Source: Hemiscyllium ocellatum | Lineage: Eukaryota | Assembly: GCF_020745735.1 (NCBI RefSeq) | Contig: NC_083419.1 | Span: forward strand, 71,006,096-71,070,095 | Direction: 5' to 3' | Length of the DNA stretch: 64,000 nt | Part shown: positions 48,991 to 58,543 of the stretch, piece after piece | Position numbering within the stretch: the stretch's first letter is position 1 | How the letters are laid out: the number at the start of each line of letters is the position of its first letter | Position numbers and translations under genes: made by a program | The notes under the pieces: model-generated | Database searches by the model: none | What the model saw: the letters and a program-made list of their open reading frames with translations, nothing else | What the model was told of the DNA's origin: nothing

Positions 48991-49589
48991 GGAATCAGTG
49001 TGCTGCTCCACAAGGCACCATGCTGCTGGAAATCAGAAACAAAAACAGAAATTGCTGGAAAAATCCAACAGCTGGCAGTATCTCTGGACAGAAATCAGAG
49101 TGAACAGTTCAGATCCAGTGAGCCCTCCTCATTTATCAATGCAAGGCAGAATGGTCTCTCTGGGAGGAAGGTCACTGCAGCAGCACAGGCAGGAGCTGAG
49201 CACTGGGACTGGGAGGATGGCTGTCACAACTGACCTCATGCCAATTGGCTGGAAGTTGAAATTTCTAATTTATAATTATCTTAACTCTGGAGGCCTCTGA
49301 AAAATGGAGGACCATTAAGATTCAGAGACTTCGAAGCATTACAGCTAACTCAGCTGACTATTTATGTCAATATGATTTGAGAAATTAACAAGTACTCTTT
49401 AACTTTAATAACTATCAAACTGACACAGTTCACCACCAAACTCTCATCTTTCAGACTAACCACTCCCTCTTTGCCTCGACCTAAATTCCCACCCACATTG
49501 ACAAACCCTACCCTGTTACTCACCCATTCATGCCCGGAGTACACTACCTCTATCACAAGAAACACATCCAAGGCAATCCATATTAGTCA

Positions 49590-50266
49590 TGCAGATGAGC
49601 AGAGAGATCCTGGTGTCCATGTACATAGATCCCAAAAAATTGCCAGTCAGGTTGATAGGGTTGTTAAGAAGGCATACCTTGAGTTGGCTTTCATCGGTAG
49701 AAGGACTGAGTTTCAAAACCATGAGGTCATGCTGCAGCTGTACAAAACTCTGGTGTGGCTGCAGTTGGAGTCTTGAGTACACTTCTGGTCACCACATTAT
49801 AGGAAGGATGTGGAAGCTTTGGAAAGAGTTCAGAGGAGGTTTACCAGGATGTTGCCCGGTATGGCGGGAAGGTCTTATGAGGAAAAGATGAGGGACTTGA
49901 GGCTGTTTTTGTTTGAGAGGTGACTTTTTTAAGACATATAAGATAATCAGAGGGTGAGATGGGGTGGACAGTGAGGCTCTTTTTCCTTGGATGGTGATGG
50001 CTCGCAAGACAGGACATAACTTTAAATTGAGGGCTGATAGATAGAGGACAGATGTCAGAGGTTGTTTCTTTACTCAGAGTAGTAGGGATGTGGAATGCAA
50101 CAATAGTATCCTCGCCAACTTTAAGGGCATTTAAAATGTCATTGGATAAACATATGGATGAAAATGGAATAGTGCAGGATCGATTGGCTTCAGATTGGTT
50201 CCACAGGTCAGCACAACATCGAGGGCCGAAGGGCCTATACTGCACTGTTACATTCTATGTTCTATA
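49590..50266 (+). mobile_element. CR1 3' fragment
   Basis: QRDPGVHVHRS..VVKKAY..MLQLYKTLV..RFTRMLPG and ttctatgttctat tail. Confidence 0.9.
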
Positions 50267-51947
50267 ATCCAGGTGGACATATAGTCACAATTCCTTTCTC
50301 TCAATTCCACTCCTGCCACCCTGCACCTGGTCCATGGTGAATCTGGCCCTTACTAGACCTGGCACCATCATTTTCACAACTTCTGACAGAGCCCCACTCC
50401 CCCAGACATGACCTCAGTCCTTGCTCACTGACATCTCATCTTACCCAAGTCAACCTGTGCACTTTGCATCCGAGCTCCTTTCGCATCTGTCCCTTACCAC
50501 CTGCCATTTTGCCAGAATCTGAGCTTTGCATTTTGAAATCATGTCCAACTGCTACTTCAATGCTAATCACTGGGCCACTGGGCCGCCCGACTTGAGCTCT
50601 GAAGGAAACTGGAGCGGTTGACTGTCACCAACCATGTAAACAGTGTGATAACAAAGTAGAAACCAGAAACAGTTTCCCAAATAAAACAAATTTAATGTAA
50701 CCCAAGCACATTTCCTCCTCAACAGAACAAAGATCACCAAATCCCAACACTGAGGAACACCGATGTGTTTGCAGCAGAACTGGCTCTGCAAACATTTTCA
50801 ACAGAACCAAGAACATGATGTAACCTCACAAAAAAAATCCCACATTGAAATCTAACAAAACCGCTCAGTATCACACAAACTAATGATTAAATTGAATAGA
50901 AATAAGAAGTCATAACAGCAGCCTTGTTTGTGAGGGAACTTACATAACAACACGTAAAACTTTAATGTTTCCAGCAACAATTCAATTTATTTCCAACCTG
51001 TACACCTTTTCTGATCATGACAATCTTGTGCAGTGCACAGTAGAGCAGTTGAAGGCATATATTGATTAATCACTTTAAGGTCAAAACAAAATTAGTTCAA
51101 TGGACAAACATTACCACATTATAATTGTGTGTTATAGTAAGTTTAGTTTCAATTATATAATCTGATCAATTCTGCAGTTTCAGATCTGAGTCCCAAATTT
51201 TATTTTGAATGAGGCTACTCAAAACAAATTTTTACTTAGTTTACAACCAGAACTGAGATTTAAAAAATGCGTCAATGCACTAAAATGTTTTTTCCATTTC
51301 TCACACTTTCGTGTTTCTGCCTTAAGTTGGTTTTCAGACAGTTACAAACAGATGTAATGTTTTCATTCAAGCAGAGAAAAAATTGCCTTACGAGTTTAAC
51401 AAATGCAGAATTGATTCAGGAAAAACAAAGAACTTCACAAATATTGGTATTTAAAAGTAATCCAGACAGACCACCTCCTCACCAGAAAAAAAACAATTAC
51501 TGAAAGCGTGAAAACGCAGATCAATTCCACAAACTGAATACGAATCCAATCAACTCAATGCAACAGAATCAAGGAAAATAAAATCAGAATGGAATCAACT
51601 CAGAGCAATAGATTTAAATGAATGATAATCAGAATCCAACCAATTCGATTCAACAGAATCAAATAAAACAAACTCAGAATTTAATCAGCAGAATGAAATA
51701 TAGCACCGCAAGAAACTTTTATGACAGTTTCTAACCTGCTTGTCATCAACAAGATTAACAAAATAAACAACAAAATATAATCATGGCAAGAACATTATGT
51801 ATACAGGGAATATATTCAAGAAATTAATAATGATATTTTAGCATATTTTAATCATGTTTGCTAATATTTCAAACATCTTTAAATTATTATCATTTGTTGT
51901 CGATAATAAAACTCACAGTCCAGGGTGTCACTGATATTAAACCTTAT

Positions 51948-52252
51948 TCAAGGTTTGTGCGAAGATTTGTAGCTCGGGTGCTCGTTGTTGTGGCACTGTT
52001 CGCCGAGCTGGAAGTTTTTGTTGCAAACGTTTCGTCCCCTGGCTAGGCGACATCATCAGTGCTCTGGAGCCTCCTGCAAAGCGCTTCTTTGATGTTTCTT
52101 CCGGTATTTATAGTGGCCTGTCCTTGCCGCTTCCGGGTGTCAAACATCAAAGAAGCGCTTTGCAGGAGGCTCCAGAGCACTGATGATGTCGCCTAGCCAG
52201 GGGACGAAACGTTTGCAACAAAAACTTCCAGCTCGGCGAACAGAACCTCAAC
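51948..52252. mobile_element. Young fold-back PLE-terminus element with two intact opposed hammerhead motifs, in the J-C intron
   Basis: Perfect 102-bp inverted repeat (51996-52097 and 52142-52243, 44-nt spacer). Each arm has gca-CTGATGA-t-gtc-g-cctagccagg-g-gac-GAAA-CGTT-tgc. 12-nt TSD attaaaccttat (51936-51947 and 52253-52264). Confidence 0.93.
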
Positions 52253-52541
52253 ATTAAACCTTATCTATATCTTCCTGATTAAGAGACTTTAGGTGTTTCA
52301 AGTAACACAGCCACACAGAATATTCATCTGATAAAACAAGAGATAAACCGAACAACTGACTCCATCATCACCATTTTAGCTATTTGCTGAGCCTTAATTG
52401 AAGCCTATAATCAGTTTTAACAAAAATTAATCCGAACCAAATCAAACTCAGCACGGAATCTGAGTTTTATTTAATTCAGGAATTATTCACATGAATAGAA
52501 CATTACGAGAAAAAGTCATTAAGAAAGTTCAAGGTCCTCAC

Positions 52542-52589
52542 CTGAAGTCACCGTCTCCACGGTCCCTTGGCCCCAGTCAGCAGGATAGT
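52542..52589 (-). pseudogene. IGHJ: IgH J segment (YPADWGQGTVETVTS)
   Basis: WGQG motif; phase-1 donor TCA G|GTGAGG at 52541. Confidence 0.92.
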
Positions 52590-52628
52590 CACAGTGTTAC
52601 ATTCTCTGGGCTAGGTCTCACATTAACT
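52590..52628 (+). promoter_or_regulatory. J recombination signal (23-spacer type): perfect heptamer, degenerate nonamer
   Basis: CACAGTG at 52590-52596, 23-nt spacer, ACATTAACT at 52620-52628 (6/9 vs ACAAAAACC). Confidence 0.75.
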
Positions 52629-52861
52629 GGGTCTGCAAAAAAACAAACACAAAACTGACATTATTTCAAATATTCTGAACCACAGGCAAAATAAAGTCAC
52701 GCTAAATCTTCATCACAGTATAATTGTCTCAATAATTATCACCACTTTTACAAATTAAACAGTGATATTTGCATAAAACCCCACAGAACTAATACTGCAT
52801 TGCAAGTTTAGATGGTTTGTAGGAGTAATCACTGACTAGTTTCAAACAATGGGGGCTGAAA

Positions 52862-52890
52862 GGTTTTTTTTATTGATCATAATTGCAGTG
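52862..52890 (-). promoter_or_regulatory. D-segment 3' recombination signal (12-spacer type)
   Basis: Minus strand CACTGCA (52884-52890), 13-nt spacer, AAAAAAACC (8/9). The extra spacer base may be A/T-run slippage. Confidence 0.7.
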
Positions 52891-52909
52891 CCACCCCAAT
52901 ACCCACTTC
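52891..52909 (-). other. Germline-joined CDR3 junction (putative D1+D2 remnants)
   Basis: gaagtgggtattggggtgg directly follows V codons TGT GCA AGA with no V heptamer, and is followed by the 12-type RSS. Confidence 0.75.
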
Positions 52910-53196
52910 TCTTGCACAGTAATAGATGGCGGTGTCTTCGATCTTCAGGTTACTCATGTCCAACGCTATAATGTTGTTTGAAGTAAATCGCCCCTTAATC
53001 GCTGGTGCATAATTATTGCAGGATGAACTATAGTAGTACAGCAGCCCCTCCAGACCCTGTCTGGGAATCTGTCACACCCAGTGCATGGAGCTGCTGCCAA
53101 GATTGAAGCCGCTGGTTTTACAGGTCAGTCTCAGGCTGCCTCCGGGATGGCCAGTCTCTGCCTCTGGCTGAGTCAAAACAACCTCCGACTGGACAC
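52910..53196 (-). pseudogene. IGHV: IgM-type VH exon with TGA in FR2 (53072-53074) and an in-frame FR3 deletion
   Basis: [94 protein letters not shown]; acceptor ttgttaaAG. Confidence 0.95.
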
Positions 53197-53328
53197 CTTT
53201 AACAAGAAAACAAATAAACCTTGAGCATTAACGCTGATAAAATTATGGCTGTGTCTTTTAGATTCCTGGGGTAGACTAACATTGAGACAGACAGTAACAA
53301 AGGGAGATAGGAACAAAAAAACACTCAC

Positions 53329-53371
53329 ATGATCAGAAAGTCAGTAAAAACCTTAGAAAAATTGTCGACAC
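53329..53371 (-). pseudogene. IGHV: VH leader exon (start mutated to GTG, in-frame TGA at 53333-53335)
   Basis: GTG TCG ACA ATT TTT CTA AGG TTT TTA CTG ACT TTC TGA TCA T|GTGAGT = VSTIFLRFLLTF*S; phase-1 intron of 132 nt to the V exon. Confidence 0.88.
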
Positions 53372-53448
53372 TTGTGGGAAACGGTTCTGTCAAGATCTTT
53401 CTAAACAAAGCCGATCCAGGAGTGCTGAACTACGGTCCAGTGCCCCGG

Positions 53449-53455
53449 ATTTATA
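53449..53455 (-). promoter_or_regulatory. Candidate VH TATA box (TATAAAT)
   Basis: About 80 nt upstream of the leader start; assigned by position only. Confidence 0.55.
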
Positions 53456-53732
53456 TGACCATCAGAAAGAGCAGGTTCACACCTTCCGCCTGTTGGTGTC
53501 CTGCTGGAGGCTGAGACCAGATCCTGGTATCAGCTTGTACAGTCCGAACACATGGGCTCATGAGGTTATGCTTAAACACAGGCATATACACATCTTGGGA
53601 TATGTGTTTTGCTGAATTGCTTCTTTGGAAGTTTTTTTTAATGGTGCAAGTAAAATTGAGCAGCTTCAGGTCTGTTTCAGGTGATTGTTGCAAATACTTT
53701 GTTTAAAAAAACAAATCAAATTCAATGGGAAG

Positions 53733-54326
53733 TGTAAGGTATCGGGTTAAAACTGTGCAGAATAAGGGAACAGGTGTTGCTTCTGCAAAAGCTTACATTA
53801 TACAATTAGGCTGTGCATGCAAATACTAAACAGTGAGAAGTGAAAACAGGTAGAATTATCTGTAACTAATAGGGCAGAGCGACCATGCAGCAGGATGTAC
53901 CAGTAACAGGAGAATAGTGTGCCAGTCTCAGGAGGGATGTGGCCAACAGATCGAATTTAGTTTGGCAGGACAATCACATGAAGACAACAAACAGTGCCAG
54001 GATAGTCGCATATAAGGAATGAGATCAATGAGAGTAAGGGGTGACAGGCTTAGAGTCATGGGAGAAGTAAACAGGCAGACAGAAGCTAGACAAAGGTGGA
54101 GTGAAGCTTGAGCTTGTGATAAGCTGTGCGCTACAGCAAAAGTAACCAATGGAGTGAAAAGGGAGACCGAGAGACGCAGCCGAAGAGCATAAATCAGAAT
54201 GTAACCCTCAGATCGGGGTGCTTACTCGTTAGGCACCCGTTCTTGTAAGTGCGTATCAATAAAATTTGCTGCTTCAGAATTTGACTCAGACTGAAATTTA
54301 TTAGTATGAGAGTTTTGTTTCTCACA
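53733..54326 (+). repeat. ERV 5' LTR (594 bp)
   Basis: tgtaagg...ctcaca; CCAAT at 54146-54150, cataaat TATA-like, AATAAA at about 54258; paralogous to 60341-61181. Confidence 0.93.
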
Positions 54327-54329
54327 ATT

Positions 54330-54347
54330 TGGGGGCTCATCCGGGAT
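54330..54347 (+). promoter_or_regulatory. Primer-binding site, tRNA-Pro
   Basis: tgggggctcAtccgggat vs TGGGGGCTCGTCCGGGAT (17/18), 3 nt after the LTR. Confidence 0.92.
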
Positions 54348-54627
54348 GTCCATCATCACCAGTGGGATAGGCACCATCGATGACTGGGAAGACGCGTCCT
54401 GTTCCTTTTGGAACGGTCCTGTGTTCCTCGGCGGTGGGTTTCCCTTCTGGTTGACTGATTGAGATTCGATGAGAGTCTACCTGAACCAGGTGACAGGTTA
54501 TAAGTAGGCACAGGGAGCCAGGCAACTCCGTGCATGGACCAAGGTAGGTAAAGAGATTTTGAAGTACTGCCTTGGTGGATGGGATTGAGTTCTAGTAGTT
54601 AATAAGTGTCTAATGAAGGAACTCAAT

Positions 54628-55083
54628 ATGGGCTGTGCCGAGGGAAGGGAAAAAGCCTCCGGAAAAATGGAAATGGAGGTGGGGTCCCTGACAACGTATC
54701 TCCAGAAAGTTCGTTGGGGAGGGTGTTGTGAAATTGGTAAAATAATACTTGTACAAGAAAATAAGATAGGAAAAAGATGATTAAATATTGTTGCTTTGTA
54801 TGGACTAAGGAATCCATTCTTCATCCCGCTGTCCTTTGGCCAAAGTATGTGTCGGACGAAGACTGTGTTTGTAAATATTTGAATTTATATGTCAACAGAG
54901 AGCAGCCTTTCAATCAGGAGGGATCAGATTAAGCTTTGTGCTGGAAGGGCTCGTAGCTGAAGGGCTACTAAGGATACACTTCGTAATAAAATCATTAATG
55001 AATTATTAAGAGAGGCACAGAAAGTGTTTGTAAAGAGAGAGGATGAGAAGCCTCTAGAGTTGTTGTTGCAGGAAGCTCAGAAA

Positions 55084-55123
<40 letters not shown>

Positions 55124-55125
55124 AA
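54628..55125 (+). pseudogene. gag: ERV gag remnant (matrix region and capsid C-terminal motif, internally deleted)
   Basis: KMIKYCCFVWTKE..LWPKY.SDED.VC..LNLYVN and LLREAQKVFVKRE; stops and frameshifts. Confidence 0.8.
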
Positions 55126-56512
55126 AGCTGTACAGCTAATAAAAGGTTTAACCCTTTGTGGTTCGGTTTGAATGCACATTTGTTTGTTGGTGATTGAATG
55201 TTTGTACTTTGTTCCCTGAAGCTTGAGATCAGGGACTGTTTTGAATCTGATTTCTATTATGGAAATTTAACATGATTTCTATTAAGTTTAAGGATTTTAC
55301 AGTGATTATGAAATAAAACGTTAACTCCTTTTCTTTTTACAGATCATGGCTGCCTTACTATCAGTTTCTAACTAGTCTCTTTTATCCTTCCATAAAAGCG
55401 ATTTCAAATCAGCTTAATACTGAGGAAAACAACATGATAAACTTTTTTTTGTGTTTCAGACTCATTTGTTTTCACTTAATTTTAAGCCGTAGCTTTATTC
55501 AGAAAGTTCCCTCCCTCAATGACAGTTGAAATTTCAGTGCAACATTAGATTGTAATAAATCAATCCTATGTTAATATTTGTGACCTTGGATTCAGCCATT
55601 ATTCATGCATTAGAAGTTTTTTTTAAACTTGAATAGACAAATCCTTTTAAGACAGCTCTGGTTATTTCACAACCTATAGCATTATAATTGAGTAATGACT
55701 GGTCAGGGCTATTTAAGAAAACTAATTTTGGATTTAAATTAAGGGACTAAAACCGGGTAATAGCGGATTTCAAAGTTAGGAACTGTATATATTTTAAATA
55801 TTAAATAATGAATAAATGAATTTTTAACATATAAATATATATTTAAAAGTAAGATTCCAAAATGTACAGTTAGAAACAAGCTTTAAAGTTAGACAAGTAT
55901 AAATTGATAAACTGGTATTTGAAGCTATAGGGAGCAAGAAATATTGCAATGTTTTAAAAAAATATATCATGGTCTAAACATGATGATGAAGGTGATGAAG
56001 AATGGTCATTAGGTGGCCCTAAAGCTGTTCAATGGTTAAGTCAGCTCAGCAATTGATCTGGCAATGTAACGTGGGAGTGGGAACGAAAGAGTTAATTGGA
56101 CGATGGCGTCAGTTTTGTGATGAGAAGCACGAAGAATCAGTTTTGCGCTCATGACAAACTGGGGATTGAATTAACTGCAAATGGTGCAATGGAATCTGTT
56201 GAGGCTTTTAAAAGTGAATGTGCTTGAGCAAAACAATTACAGAAACAGAATGAGAAGTCACAAGTGACTGGTAAACAAACAGAACTGCGCAATTACAGTT
56301 TTTAAAATGTTTTAGTCACTTGTTGCATTTCCATCCTGAATTACAGATAATGATTATTTTATTTATATAATATATATAATTCATAATTAATATTTATAAT
56401 AAATCAATTGTATTAGCCTGACTCAATATTAATTGGCAGGATTCCTTCACATATTCTCAGTGACCTGTTGTATTGATTTAAAACATGACAGCATTAATTC
56501 ATTGTTAATTAA

Positions 56513-58530
56513 AGAATGGAAAGCTACATTACTGGCCAGAGTGTGTGCAGGCAGTGGCAGCAACAGCCTTATTGGTAGAGGAGAGTTGGAAACTTACTTT
56601 TGAGGGAGCCTTAACAGTCAGCACCCCACAACAGGTACGGACCATATTAAATCAGAAAGCAGGGTGGTGGCTTACAGACTCTAGAATTCGAAGATATGAA
56701 ACAATTCTAATAGAGAGGGATGACCTTACATTGATCACAGACATTTGTCTGAATCCAGCTACCTTTCTCTGGAAAGGAGAGGATGAAGTTCCCTCAGACC
56801 CAGAACATGACTGCCTTGACATTATAGAATATCAGACTAAAGTAAGAATGGACCTTAGCGAAATCCCTCTACATGCAGAGGGCAGGCTGTTCATTGATGG
56901 GTCCTCTAGACTGGTTGAAGATAAAAGACACATTGGATATGCAGTAGTGGATGGAATAGAAGGGAGTGTTATTGAGGCTAGTAGACTACTCAATGATTGG
57001 TCGGCTCAGACTTGTGAACTTTATTCACTAGGAAGGGCCCTTAAGACCTTGGAAGGCAAAGAAGGAACTGTATCCACAGATTCTAAGTCTGCCTTCAGGG
57101 TGGCACACACATTTGGGAAGGTATGGCAGGAGAGGGGTGGAAAAACAGTAGAGGTGAACAACTAGCTCGTGAGGAATTGGTAAAGCAAGTATTGGAATCC
57201 CTTTTGCTGCCAAAGGAAATAGCAACAGTCCACATAAATGGAAATCAGCACGGCAATGATCCTGAAGCAAAGGGAAATAGATTGGCAAATGAAGTCGCTG
57301 AGGAGGCAGCTCTGAACCCTCAGCTCGCTACTATATATATATTTTGGTACCTATGGTGCAGGAACTTGAGGGGAGAGAGTGCTAAGGAAGAGAGAGAATT
57401 ACAAGAACTGGGATCTAGAAAGACAGTAGAGAGGCGCTGGATGCTACCTGATGGCAAGGAGATGCTAAATAAGATGATGATGCAAGAAATTATGGCTGTC
57501 TTACACCAGGGGAGTCATTGAGGAGTGCAAGCAATGTGTGATTTGGTCTTAAGGAAATATGGATGCAAAGGGATCTATACACTAGCCAAACAGATATGTG
57601 AGGGATGTATAACATGCATGAAAGTTAACAAGAAGGTATTGAGGAAACAAGTCCCAGGAGGGAGAGAACCTGGGCTCAGACCATTTCAGAGCATTCAGGT
57701 AGATTATACCAAATTACCCCGAGTGGGAAGAGTGAGGTATATGGAGGTAACGGTTGATCACCGATCTGGATGGGTGGAGGTGTATCCTTTAGCCATTGCC
57801 ACCGCAAATGGGGTGTCCAAGATAATACCTGAACACATAATTCCCAGATACGGGATAATGGAATGTATAGATTCGGATCAGGGAACTCATTTTACTTCCA
57901 GGGTATTCCAGGGAGTGATGAAAGGCTTAAGAGTCTCCTGGGAGTTCCACACCCCTTGGTACCCACCTTCATCAGGAAAGGTTGAGAGGATGAACCAGAC
58001 ACTCAAGAAGCAGTTTCTAAATTAGTAGTAGAAGCCAGACTCCCTTGGACTAAGTGTTTACCTATAGCCATTTTGCAGGTGCGAACGGACCCAAGGAAAG
58101 ATATGGGGCTGTCCCTTTTTGAGATATTGTTTGGCCTTCCCTATCTGGGAACGAAAGGGGAACTGCCAACCCTGGAGACTAATGATCTGTTCTTAAAGAA
58201 GTATATGCTGGGCTTGTCCTCCTCTTTGTCTTATCTTAGCAGACATGGATTACTGGCACAGACTCCGCCCCATGAATTCGCCGTTCATCCCGTCGGGCCG
58301 GGAGATTGGGTCTTAATTAAGTCATGGACAGAAACTAAATTGCAACCGGATTGGGAGGGACCGTACCAGGCTCTTTTGCCAACTGAAACGGTGATACGCA
58401 CGGCGGGGAAAGGCTGGACTCACTACACCAGGATTAAAGGAGCGTGGAATCCCTGGTTAAGAAAGAAGTCTGGACAACTGAATCGACAGAAGAACCACTG
58501 AAACTCAGACTTAAAAGACTTTAAGTAACT
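56513..58530 (+). pseudogene. pol: ERV pol remnant: RT connection, RNase H, integrase
   Basis: WPECVQAVAATALLVEES, LFIDGSS, SAQTCEL, HQGSH*..CxxC, QVDYT, SDQGTHF, SSGKVERMNQTLK and GDWVLIK..WEGPY. Confidence 0.93.
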
Positions 58531-58543
58531 GACTTTTATGTGG

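Noticed and set aside
49100-50640. Non-TE-looking stretches in the J-C intron as a degenerate Cmu1
   Set aside because: Minus-strand translations show no Cys/Trp Ig-fold spacing or Cmu1 motifs; one part is a SINE-head remnant.
51500-51720. gaatc/aatca-rich degenerate repeats as an isotype switch region
   Set aside because: Low-complexity AT-rich tract without AGCT/GAGCT-type arrays; cartilaginous fish lack conventional switch regions.
38414-53371. IgNAR or IgW assignment for the Ig locus
   Set aside because: The V has a full FR2/CDR2 and an IgM-type leader, and the C exons match shark Cmu2/3/4, the mu tailpiece and the mu TM motifs.
38414-53371. Functional Ig gene
   Set aside because: Lost start codon, stops in leader, V and Cmu2, and frameshifts in Cmu3 and TM1: too many independent lesions for sequencing error.
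53329-53693. ORFs overlapping the VH leader and promoter
   Set aside because: Short antisense or random frames with no protein features.
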